A DNA stretch of 64,000 nt. It comes from Candidatus Marinacidobacterales bacterium. GTDB lineage: Bacteria > Acidobacteriota > Vicinamibacteria > Marinacidobacterales > SMYC01. The stretch is taken from contig CBDCYI010000011.1 in assembly GCA_965224085.1 (NCBI GenBank), positions 1,543,639 to 1,607,638 of the forward strand, written 5' to 3'. The translations under genes were made by a program, and so were the position numbers. Numbering within the stretch: the stretch's first letter is position 1; each line of letters begins with the position of its first letter. The notes under the pieces were generated by a model that ran no database searches, had not been told where the DNA came from, and saw only the letters and a program-made list of their open reading frames with translations. Of this stretch, positions 1 to 8,276 are shown one piece after another.

Positions 1-160
1 GCACCCCCCACGCGAAAAAACCAGCGCGCTACCTCCTGTCCTGCGCCGATCTCGGCGATCGTGCCGTATCTGTTCGGTTCCATGTTCAGGCTGAACGCCT
101 TCTGATGGGTATCCAGCTTGTCTTTTCTTGTGGGTCGTCCAGATGCTCCAGGCTCCATGA
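1..160 (-). CDS. possible 3'-truncated... actually 5'-internal partial ORF running off window start (unknown product)
   Basis: Open frame on minus strand continues to position 1 (ends ...MEPNRYGTIAEIGAGQEVARWFFRVGG). ATG candidates at 83 and ~150. No recognisable family; same frame as kinase stop. Confidence 0.2.
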
Positions 161-305
161 CGCGAAACTTATCATGCCAGGCGGCATCTGCTGGAACGCC
201 GGGCGCTGGCTGGTGGCCCGAAATAGAGCTCAGCAGGCTAACCGTCGTGGACGCTCCGATTGCCGCGTTGTAGCCCTTGCGTAGAGACGACCGGAGCAAG
301 GCACT

Positions 306-2063
306 TCACGGCTCTGGATACACGTTCTTCCAGTCCTCCTTCATGTCAACCACCGTCCAGCCGCGGTCCGACGCCTCATCCAGTCCCTTGTCCAGTTGTC
401 CGACGGGGGACGTGCGATCGTAGGCCCACTCACGCTCCGCGTCTGTGTGGTGGACGTAGAGCACGAGCCTGGCACCGTGGCCGGCCGCGGTCCACTGCAG
501 CATCTGCAGGTCGCCGTCGGAGTTGCCGAAGGCGGCGATCGGCCGGCGCCCGATGTGTGAGTTGATGCCGACCGGCTTTCCTTCCTTGTCGTCGACGAAG
601 TTCAGCTCCGGCAGCCTCACGAGAACCGGCCGGCCGTCGCGAATCTCGAATTTCGTCTTGATGCTCGACCCCACCACCTGCTCGGGAGGAATCCCGTAGA
701 CGCGCTCGGTCCAAGGTCGCATGAACTCGATACCGCCACCGGAGACGATGTACGTTTTGAAGCCGTTGGCGCGAAGGTAGTCGAGCAACTCGAGCATCGG
801 CTGAAAGATCATCTCGGAGAAGAGCCGTCTCGTTGTCGGATGCCTCGCTGTCGAGATCCAGTCCGTGACGATTGTCTTGAACTCTTCAGTCGTCATCCCG
901 GCATGGGTGGTCATGACGAGCTCGGCTAGCCCATGCCTGCCGAGCTCCGCCAGAGCCTCCATGTCTCCTTCGAGCACCGTCCTGTAGGGCTGTTCCGTCT
1001 TCCACTCCGGTGGCCCGCGGGGACTTTCGCCGCTCACAGCTGCTTTTTCAGGCTCAGCGGGCTCTAGAGCTCCATCCTCGGAGCTCGCCACCGCGTCGGC
1101 ATCGCCCTTCGTTTTCCTGGTCAATTTTTCTAGAGCTTCGACGAGCTCGGCACCAGACCCAAAGCGCTTGTCGCGTTCTTTCTCGAGCGCGTGGTGGAGA
1201 ATCGGCTTGAGCTCCATCGGCAGCCCGAGGCTCTGCCAGTTCAGGGGGAAAACGGGCTCGTCGTTGATGATGCTCAACAAGATGCCTGTGAGGCTCGGAC
1301 TGCGGAACGGTTTTTCGCCGGCGACGAGCTCGAAGAGAATGCAACCGAGGGAAAACAGGTCGGATCGAGCGTCCACATCCTCGCCTTTGGCCTGCTCCGG
1401 CGACATATAGTCGGGAGCCCCGAGAACGCCGCCGGCCATCGTCAAGTTCGTCGAGAGCTCCGATTTTGCAATCCCGAAATCGGCGACCCATACATTCAAG
1501 GAGGAGGACACCAAGATGTTCGACGGTTTGACGTCACGATGTACGACGTTGCGCTCGTGCGCATAATCCAGAGCGCTCCCGAGCTGCGTCATGATCTGGA
1601 TAGCGGTTGAAAGCGGAACCCGACCTTCCGATTCACTGAGCGACTCGAGTGTGCGTCCTTCGATGAACTCCATGATGATGAAGCCGCGATCTGGAGTGGC
1701 GACAATATCGTGGATGGTGACGATGTTGGGGTGCTGGAGCCGAGCGACGATGCGCGCCTCTCGCACGAATCGCTCGCGGACCTCGTCCGGGGTCCGGTCT
1801 GCACCGGGCGTGTCGAGCCGAACGCATTTGATCGCGACCGGGCGTTCGAGAATCGTATCGAGCGCTTTGTAGACGGCGCCAATGGTGCCCGTCGAAAGAC
1901 GCTCCACGATGTGATAGCGACCTCCAGGAATCTGGTCCTTGGCGTCCACACCATTCACGTCCGATGACGACGCCTGGCCTTTCGGCGCATGGGGGGTATC
2001 TGATGGATCGGCCATGCCCAATGCACAGGCAAGAACTGTGCCGAACTGCACAGCAAAGCTCAT
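306..2063 (-). CDS. Ser/Thr protein kinase fused to C-terminal HAD-like hydrolase domain
   Basis: 585 aa. N-terminal Hanks kinase motifs (GxGxxG-like, VAIK, HRDVKPSNIL, DFGIAK, SPE). C-terminal ~200 aa resembles a HAD-superfamily hydrolase (GNSDGD motif), but no DxDGT motif I was found. Confidence 0.8.
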   Translation of the reverse strand: MSFAVQFGTVLACALGMADPSDTPHAPKGQASSSDVNGVDAKDQIPGGRYHIVERLSTGTIGAVYKALDTILERPVAIKCVRLDTPGADRTPDEVRERFVREARIVARLQHPNIVTIHDIVATPDRGFIIMEFIEGRTLESLSESEGRVPLSTAIQIMTQLGSALDYAHERNVVHRDVKPSNILVSSSLNVWVADFGIAKSELSTNLTMAGGVLGAPDYMSPEQAKGEDVDARSDLFSLGCILFELVAGEKPFRSPSLTGILLSIINDEPVFPLNWQSLGLPMELKPILHHALEKERDKRFGSGAELVEALEKLTRKTKGDADAVASSEDGALEPAEPEKAAVSGESPRGPPEWKTEQPYRTVLEGDMEALAELGRHGLAELVMTTHAGMTTEEFKTIVTDWISTARHPTTRRLFSEMIFQPMLELLDYLRANGFKTYIVSGGGIEFMRPWTERVYGIPPEQVVGSSIKTKFEIRDGRPVLVRLPELNFVDDKEGKPVGINSHIGRRPIAAFGNSDGDLQMLQWTAAGHGARLVLYVHHTDAEREWAYDRTSPVGQLDKGLDEASDRGWTVVDMKEDWKNVYPEP

Positions 2064-2272
2064 CGACAGAGGGCTTTTGGATTCAGCTGGTTGCGCGAGC
2101 TAGAGCAAAGAAAGCGCGCAAAATCGATGGGAAAAACGTCTTACAGGATGGTGAAATCCCTACGTCCGGTGTTGACTGGCAACCGACTTACCAACAGGAT
2201 GCATCGACGTACCAGACGGGATGCATCGACGCACCAAAATGTGAAGTTGTTCTCGCGCGCGCCCTTATTTGG

Positions 2273-3328
2273 CTAGTTTTCGAGCTCCGAGTCGATAATG
2301 CTCTGGAAGGCCTCGAAGGGCTGAGCACCCGACAAAAATCGGCCGTTGATGAAGAATGCCGGCGTTGCGTCCACACCAAGAGCACCACCCTGCTCATAGT
2401 CGGCCAGAACGGTCTCGCGAAACTCTCCAGAGTCGAAGCACTGGTTGAACGCCTGTTCGTCGAGCCCGAGTTCGGACGCAAATTGCTTCAGGTTGTCCTT
2501 TCCGAGTGCTCGTTGATTCTCGAAAATCTTGTCGTGGTACTCCCAGAACTGCCCTTGTGCGTGCGCGCAAAGAGCAGCTTCCGCGGCGGGCTGCGCCTGC
2601 GGATGATTGGGAAGGGGGAAATCACGATAGACGAGACGAACCTTGTCGCCGTACGTGCTTTCAATCTGCTTAAGGGCCGGACCGACCCGCGCGCAGTACG
2701 GTCATTGAAAGTCGGAATATTCGACGATCGTCACCTCCGCGTCCACCGAGCCCCTGATGCGTTCGTTCGATGCCACCGTGACGGGCACGCGAGGCGGCGA
2801 CAACGTGACACGCACGCTCGCCTCATCGCGAAGCGTATCGATGTAGCTCTCTCGGACGATGCCCTCATTCCGATTCTCCATGAATTCACGAATCTGCGGG
2901 CCGACCTGCGCGAGCGTCTGACCCCGGAGGCGTGACTCGTTCTGCTCGTAAAAGGCCTCGATGTCCTCGTCGGTCACCGGAGTCACCTGCGACGTGATTT
3001 CCTGCTCGACGAGCTCATCCACTGTGATACTGCGCGCTTCGGCTTCACGGGCCAAGAGCGCGTCCGCAAGGAGTTCTCCGAGCGCGGCACGACGGGCATC
3101 GTATAGGTCCTGGAAAATCTTGAGGTTCGTTGCCAGGACCTTTTGATCCAGCTCGAACATCGTGATCTCGCGATCGCCGATCTGAGCGACTATGCTGTCG
3201 ACGCTCCCACCCGAGGCTTTAACGACTTCGGCGTGGGTCTGCGACTGCGACGCCGTGCCGCAGGCGACGGATAGAAGCAAAGCGCCGGCCAGGACCATTG
3301 TACTCAGACGGCAGAGTTTGACTCGCAT
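2273..3328 (-). CDS. DsbA-family thiol:disulfide oxidoreductase with in-frame TGA at first Cys of CxxC (candidate selenoprotein, U-P-Y-C) or nonsense pseudogene
   Basis: ORF 2702..3328 carries a signal peptide and ends ...TIVEYSDFQ then TGA (2702-2704). The same frame continues PYCARVGPALKQIESTYGDKVRLVYRDFPLPNHP...FFINGRFLSGAQP...ELEN to the stop at 2273-2275. EYSDFQ-C-P-Y-C is the canonical DsbA active site. Total 351 codons, in frame. Confidence 0.6.
2656..2692 (-). promoter_or_regulatory. candidate bacterial SECIS-like hairpin downstream of the in-frame UGA
   Basis: mRNA reads UGA CCG UAC UGC GCG C GGGUC GGUCC GGCCC UUAAGCAG. There is a 5-bp GC-rich apical stem (one G-U pair) with a GGUCC loop containing GGU, and outer CUGC/GCAG pairing. 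The apical loop sits about 22-26 nt after the UGA. Confidence 0.35.
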
Positions 3329-3380
3329 AAACGGGACTCTCCTTTTGATCCACCCAGGTTAGCACAATGTAAACGTCGCC

Positions 3381-3414
3381 GCCCAGCCGCCCCCGCCCAG
3401 CCGCCCCCGCCCAC
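3381..3414. repeat. 14-nt direct repeat x2.4 (gcccagccgccccc) in divergent intergenic region
   Basis: Exact tandem copies at 3381-3394 and 3395-3408 plus a partial copy, between the DsbA-like gene start and the downstream secreted-protein gene start. Confidence 0.6.
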
Positions 3415-3441
3415 AAACTTGCTACAATCACACTAAGCGTT

Positions 3442-3854
3442 ATGTCGAGTGCAAGAATTATCGTCGCGCTCATCCTCGCGGCGTTGCCGGTCGCGGCTAG
3501 CCCGGCTGTCTTCGGAGAAAAACCCAAGCTCGTGCTCAAAGCGCCGAGGCTCCAGATGCTCAAACCCGGGCTGGCAGCGCAAGGGTTCGGCAAACGCGTC
3601 GACGTCCGAGCTCGTCTCGAAGGTGATCCTGACGATCCCGAGACCTACTATTGTCTTGACGAGATTTGGGATTGGGGTGACGGCACGGAGTCCGTGAGCG
3701 AGCCCGATTGCGACCCCTTTGAAGAGGGCACGGACCTCAAAATGAACTTCATGGATACCCATTATTTCGGCCCGGCCGGTGGGTCATCACTCTGGCGCTC
3801 ATGGAGGACGACGATGTCGTCCTCGAGGGACGTCTCGAGATCCGCATCTTTTAG
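3442..3854 (+). CDS. small secreted protein (signal peptide), apparent frameshift near 3785
   Basis: Begins MSSARIIVALILAALPVAASPA. After ...HYFGPAGG the protein-like reading continues in the +1 frame (VITLALMEDDDVVLEGRLEIRIF*). The shift is at a G-run (ggtggg). Confidence 0.4.
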
Positions 3855-4005
3855 CTCCAGGTGCTGCTGGTGACAAGCACGTCGGTACGGCGTTCGCTTC
3901 AGGCCTGGCCGAGCCGGTTTTAAACCTTTCCCGGAAAAGCCTCGTCATATCCGAATCAAGAGCGTGGCGGATGGGCCGCCATGTGGATGGCCGTCGGGAG
4001 GCTAA

Positions 4006-4619
4006 TTGAGTAATCTGAGCTCGGTGGCCAGCTTCGACAAGAGCAAACCGGCCCCGTTGGCGCGGCTGGACGCCCAGGAGAGGCGCGCCGAAGACGAGCG
4101 CCTCGTGGCGCGACTGCGGGCGGGAGATGGCGAGGCCTCGAGGCGCTCTATCGGCGTCACAGCTCGGGTGTCTTTGGCCTGGCGCTCAGAATGCTTCAAA
4201 ACCGCGCCGATGCCGAGGATCTGCTGCAGGAGATCTTTTTGCAGGCCTACGACAAAATCGACAAGTTCGAAGGCCGCTCCGCCTTCGGCACTTGGCTCTA
4301 TCGACTCGGCGTCAATCGCTGCCTCGACCATCTCCGGAGCCGTAGCGCCAAAGAACAGTCTCGAACGGAGCCCTTGGGCCCGACACTCCCCGGCCGAGCC
4401 GGAAGCGGCACCCGGAAGCTAGAGCTCGAACGCGCGATCGGGGAGCTTCCTCCCTCGAGCCGCGCCGCTTTCCTGCTCCACGACGTCGAGGGCTATGAAC
4501 ACAAAGAAGTGGGCGAGATCCTCGGAATCGCTGTGGGAACGTCGAAGTCCCTCGTCCATCGCGCGCGTATGAAACTACGGACACGTTTGTATCCAAGCGC
4601 CGCGGGAGAAACATCATGA
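4006..4619 (+). CDS. ECF (sigma-24 type) RNA polymerase sigma factor, interrupted by 1-nt frameshift near 4138
   Basis: Frame A gives ...RLVARLRAGDGEA. Frame B gives EALYRRHSSGVFGLALRMLQNRADAEDLLQEIFLQAY ... region 4 (ELPPSSRAAFLLHDVEGYEHKEVGEILGIAVGTSKSLVHRAR). One missing T in gag-gcc-t(t)c-gag would restore a single ORF of about 204 aa. Confidence 0.7.
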
Positions 4620-5572
4620 CAGAAGATGCATTCACCGAGCAGCTGAGCGATTACATCGACAGAGAGCACGGGCTGGGAGAGCGGGAAGCTCTCGAAAGTC
4701 ATCTCGAGCAGTGCACGGATTGTCGGACTGTGCTCGGGCAGCTACGTGCCGTACGCCGAGACGCGAAGACGCTCACGCGCCATGCCCCCGCCGAGCAGGT
4801 GTGGGTCGCCATTGCAGAATCTATCCGTACCGGCGAGCGCACCCGGTCGCGAAGGTCTTATTTTCACACCGGGCTCGCCGCGGCCGCCGCCGTCGTTGTC
4901 GGCGTGAGCCTCTTGGTCGCGCTTCGTCCGTCGAACGAGATTCGGATGGCCGACTTAGCGAACGACGATCCGGCTGCGCTCGCGAACTTGGTGACGGACG
5001 AGCTCCGAGCCGCGGAGATTCATTATGAAAACGCGATCAAGGGGCTCGAACAAATCATCGAGCACAACGAAGGCACGCTCCCGAACGAGCTGAACGGAAC
5101 GATGAACGAGAGTCTCGACGTCATCGAGCAGGCCATCACGGAGAGCCGTGAAGCCATGGCGACGGAGCCGGGGAGCTCGGCCGCCCAAGAAAGCCTTCTC
5201 GAAGCTTTCCGGCGTAAAGTCGATCTTCTTCAGAATACCATTCTGCTCATCAACGAAGTTCGCAAGGGCGAGGGTCAAAACGCCCTCGACTTGATAGACG
5301 AAATCTGTGGATCGGACGACCCATCGGATGAAACGAGTGCCAGACAAGAAAGACATGCCAGACAAGAAAGACATGAAAAAGATACGATTCACAACCACGT
5401 TACTGATTGGCGCCGTTCTGACGGCAGGCATGAGCGTCGCGCAGGACCGCGAAGAGCGGATCTCGCAGACGTTCGATATCGGCCCCAATGGAGAGTTTTC
5501 TCTTTCCAACATCTCCGGAGACATCCGTGTTTCTGGAACTTCCGGGAATCAAGTGACGATCGAGGCGGTTAA
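4616..5572 (+). CDS. anti-sigma factor (zinc-finger type, single TM, periplasmic domain)
   Basis: Start overlaps the sigma stop (ATGA). N-terminal HLEQCTDCR putative zinc-finger, TM segment LAAAAAVVVGVSLLVAL, then a helical periplasmic domain. The 3' end is uncertain; the ORF overlaps the next gene by about 200 nt. Confidence 0.6.
   Translation: MTEDAFTEQLSDYIDREHGLGEREALESHLEQCTDCRTVLGQLRAVRRDAKTLTRHAPAEQVWVAIAESIRTGERTRSRRSYFHTGLAAAAAVVVGVSLLVALRPSNEIRMADLANDDPAALANLVTDELRAAEIHYENAIKGLEQIIEHNEGTLPNELNGTMNESLDVIEQAITESREAMATEPGSSAAQESLLEAFRRKVDLLQNTILLINEVRKGEGQNALDLIDEICGSDDPSDETSARQERHARQERHEKDTIHNHVTDWRRSDGRHERRAGPRRADLADVRYRPQWRVFSFQHLRRHPCFWNFRESSDDRGG
5339..5374 (+). repeat. exact 18-nt tandem duplication (gccagacaagaaagacat x2) spanning candidate start codons of the DUF4097 gene
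   Basis: Unit at 5339-5356 repeats exactly at 5357-5374. It encodes (PDKKDM)x2 in the DUF4097 frame and (ARQERH)x2 in the anti-sigma frame. Confidence 0.85.
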
Positions 5573-6044
5573 ACGTCTTCATGGGCGCGGCGATCGTGAT
5601 CTTCTCAACAGCGTCGAGGTAGACATTTCCCACCAAGGCGATCGCATACGTGTCGAGACGCGTTACCCGCGCAATGAACGGCGCGGTGACGACGACCACC
5701 GGCATGGCCATGGCGGTGTCTCCGTCGACTATCGCGTCACCTTGCCCGTTGGGACAGAAGTCGAGATAGGCTCAGTCTCGGGCGATGTGATGCTCGAGGG
5801 AGTCGATGGCGAGACGAGCGTGACCTCCGTGAGCGGTGAGGTCGAAGTGAGCGACGTCGCGAACCTCGTGCAAGCGAAGTCGGTCTCCGGAGAAGTGGAC
5901 GTTCGTAACGCTCGTTCCGACGACGATGTCGATATCGCGAGCGTCAGCGGAGACGTCACGATCAACTCTATCGAGGCCGAAGAGCTCTCGATCTCGAGTG
6001 TCAGCGGTGACGTCCGCATCCACCTGGGCCACGTCCGAACGTGA
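5376..6044 (+). CDS. DUF4097-family putative adhesin / cell-envelope stress protein (LiaG-like)
   Basis: Signal peptide MKKIRFTTTLLIGAVLTAGMSVAQ. Repeated S-V-S-G-D/E-V beta-strand motifs are typical of DUF4097. It lies downstream of the sigma/anti-sigma pair. Upstream ATGs at 5307, 5355 and 5373 are alternative starts. Confidence 0.65.
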   Translation, partial: KKIRFTTTLLIGAVLTAGMSVAQDREERISQTFDIGPNGEFSLSNISGDIRVSGTSGNQVTIEAVKRLHGRGDRDLLNSVEVDISHQGDRIRVETRYPRNERRGDDDHRHGHGGVSVDYRVTLPVGTEVEIGSVSGDVMLEGVDGETSVTSVSGEVEVSDVANLVQAKSVSGEVDVRNARSDDDVDIASVSGDVTINSIEAEELSISSVSGDVRIHLGHVRT

Positions 6045-7515
6045 GCACGGGCTCCATCGTGTGTCCTCCGGTCGCCCAAACGACGAATGTGTGCGGAGAA
6101 AGGCGACGGCCAAGAAGACAGGCCGGGTTGCTGTCTTGGTCACCATAGAAGTGACGGAAATCCTCGAATGTGTGCGGAGAAAGGCGACGGCCAAGAAGAC
6201 AGGCCGGGTTGCTGTCTTGGTCACCATAGAAGTGACGGAAATCCTCGATCCAAGCGTTTCCGTCGGCGTCGCGGACGAGAGCTTCTTTCGCTTCCTGGAT
6301 CGTCATCTCGAATCCGGTGTGGGTTCGTACCGCCTCGACGAGGCTCTCGGGAGAGCCCTTCGCCTTGTCGAGAATGTAGTTGTAGGATGCGGATTGACGG
6401 CCGAGCGCCACCAGTTGCTCCCAAGCGGGATATCGATGGTGGGGCGCATAGCCGAGACCGCTCGGAAGCTCCCATCCCGAAGGGCGGCCGCCGAAGTCGC
6501 CATAGCTGAACGAGAACCCACCGGTGCCGTGATCCGCCGTCACCATGACGAGCGTGTCCGGATGCCGCGCCTGGAAATCGAGCACGGCCCCGAGCGCTTC
6601 ATCGAAGTCGATAATCTCGTGGAGCATCGTCCCGGCGTCGTTGTCGTGCCCGCCATAGTCGATGCGACCTCCTTCCACCATCAGAAAAAAGCCACCCTCC
6701 GCGCGTGAAAGCACGTCGAGCGCGGCCGACGCCATTTCCTTCAAGCTCGGCACCGACTCGAGCCCCATCGCTCGCGTATCCACCACGTAGGGCAGATGCG
6801 ACGCGGCAAAAAGGCCGAGCAGCTTATCCGCTTTTGGCGACGCTTCCGCGAGCCCCATGCGATCCGAGACGACGACATAACCCTTCGTCTTCGCTTCGGC
6901 GATGCGGTTCACGTCGTCCTGTCGATTCGAGCCACCGTCTACTTCTTCGACGATACCCGGCAGAAAATCCGAAACGGGCCGACCCGAGGGCACGAGCGCC
7001 CGAGCACCTCCTCCCAATAACACGTCGACGTCGTACCCGGTCAGCACGTCGTCCAGAATCGCGGGTTCGGGGTTGTAGCGCGACACTTGGTGTGCCGCGA
7101 AGGCCGCGGGGGTCGCGTGGGAGAGACGCATGTTAGAGACGAGCCCCGTCGCAAGACTACGTTTCTTGGACGCCTCCAGAATCGTCTCGACGACGTAGCC
7201 ATCGGAGCTCAAGCTTAACGTCTCGTTTCGGGCCTTCCGCCCCGTGGCCAGCTGCGAAGCCGCGGCGGCTGAATCGGTGACCGTGCTGCGATAAGGGGTT
7301 GGCATCGAATAGCCGGTGTTGCCGTCATTCATCACAACCTCGAGGTACAGTTTTCGGCCCTCCACCATGTTGGCGTATTGGAGGCCGAACGCGGTTTGAG
7401 CCGCACCGAGTCCGTCGCCGATGAGCAGGACCACGTTCTTTGCGCGAGGGGCCTCTCGCGCGCCCATCGGGACACTCGAGAGCAATATCGTCAGAACGAG
7501 CAAGAGCGAGCGCAT
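6001..7515 (-). CDS. alkaline phosphatase (PhoA family), secreted
   Basis: 504 aa with a signal peptide. Motifs GDGLG, DSAAAASQLATG, VTADHGTGG and C-terminal GGHT. Carries an in-frame 27-aa tandem duplication near the C-terminus. Confidence 0.85.
   Translation of the reverse strand: MRSLLLVLTILLSSVPMGAREAPRAKNVVLLIGDGLGAAQTAFGLQYANMVEGRKLYLEVVMNDGNTGYSMPTPYRSTVTDSAAAASQLATGRKARNETLSLSSDGYVVETILEASKKRSLATGLVSNMRLSHATPAAFAAHQVSRYNPEPAILDDVLTGYDVDVLLGGGARALVPSGRPVSDFLPGIVEEVDGGSNRQDDVNRIAEAKTKGYVVVSDRMGLAEASPKADKLLGLFAASHLPYVVDTRAMGLESVPSLKEMASAALDVLSRAEGGFFLMVEGGRIDYGGHDNDAGTMLHEIIDFDEALGAVLDFQARHPDTLVMVTADHGTGGFSFSYGDFGGRPSGWELPSGLGYAPHHRYPAWEQLVALGRQSASYNYILDKAKGSPESLVEAVRTHTGFEMTIQEAKEALVRDADGNAWIEDFRHFYGDQDSNPACLLGRRLSPHTFEDFRHFYGDQDSNPACLLGRRLSPHTFVVWATGGHTMEPVLTFGRGPGGCGRHR
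6085..6246. repeat. exact 81-nt tandem duplication inside phoA
   Basis: 6085-6165 is identical to 6166-6246. It encodes EDFRHFYGDQDSNPACLLGRRLSPHTF twice, in frame. Confidence 0.9.
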
Positions 7516-7595
7516 GATCGGTAAAAGCTCCTTCCCAAAAAGGGCCAGGTGACATCCATGGCGCGAGACATTCTATACAAGGCGCTGTTGAGCCA

Positions 7596-8276
7596 ATGCG
7601 ACGTTTCGATATTTTCGAGCCCCTTCCCGGAATCTGGTGCGTCCAGCATCGCCCGAGCAAGAGCACCGCCTACATTATCAAAACGTTCCCTGGCGCCGTT
7701 CTCATCGATACCGGGCCCGACGCATCCGCCGCCTCAGTGATGATGGAGCTTCAGGGCGCCCGCGTCGGGCTATCCTCCGTCCGGCTCTTAGCACTCACCC
7801 ACTGGCATTTCGACCAATCCGCAGGGGCGGCCGCGCTAAACAAGCGCTCGGGAACACGCGTGCGCTACGCGGAGGCGGAGGCTCTTTTTCTGACCGGTCA
7901 GCGCGAGGCGAGGTTCTGGGCACGCCAAAGGCACCCGAAGGTCTCGCCGATCACAGCCGACGGCTTCGTTATAGACGGTGAGACGCTCGAAGGCGGCCTC
8001 GAAGCCATCGCCACTCCCGGACATACCGACGGACACGTTGCCTACTACTTGGAGACACGAGGCATTCTCTTCGCGGGCGACGCCTTCACCGTGACGCACA
8101 AGGGCGAAGTAGAGGTCGACGACGAAGCGCGCGCGTCCGCGGCCCGCTGCCTCGAGCGACCTATCGAAGTTCTCTTGCCCCCCTATGGCCGCCCCGTCAC
8201 TAACCGTCGTGCCATCAACGCTCTGCGAGAACGACTGAGAAAGTTAAGTTCGGGCCCTACGCATCGAACGCGTTGA
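7596..8276 (+). CDS. MBL-fold metallo-hydrolase
   Basis: THWHFDQSAG (HxHxDH-type) motif, plus PGHTDGH and downstream His/Asp ligands. Confidence 0.8.
   Translation: MRRFDIFEPLPGIWCVQHRPSKSTAYIIKTFPGAVLIDTGPDASAASVMMELQGARVGLSSVRLLALTHWHFDQSAGAAALNKRSGTRVRYAEAEALFLTGQREARFWARQRHPKVSPITADGFVIDGETLEGGLEAIATPGHTDGHVAYYLETRGILFAGDAFTVTHKGEVEVDDEARASAARCLERPIEVLLPPYGRPVTNRRAINALRERLRKLSSGPTHRTR

Noticed and set aside
1-308. Open reading frame continuing in the same frame after the kinase TGA stop to the window start (possible readthrough or second Sec)
   Set aside because: The downstream translation is low-complexity and unconserved, and no hairpin follows the TGA. Long open frames are expected by chance at this GC content. 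Kept only as a low-confidence partial ORF.
1964-2935. 323-aa plus-strand ORF
   Set aside because: Lies entirely antisense to the conserved DsbA-like gene and is Arg/Ala-rich with no motifs. Judged a typical high-GC shadow ORF.
6087-6509. 140-aa plus ORF with internally repeated MCAEKGDGQEDRPGCCLGHHRSDGNPR
   Set aside because: It is the antisense image of the 81-bp duplication in phoA, not an independent gene.
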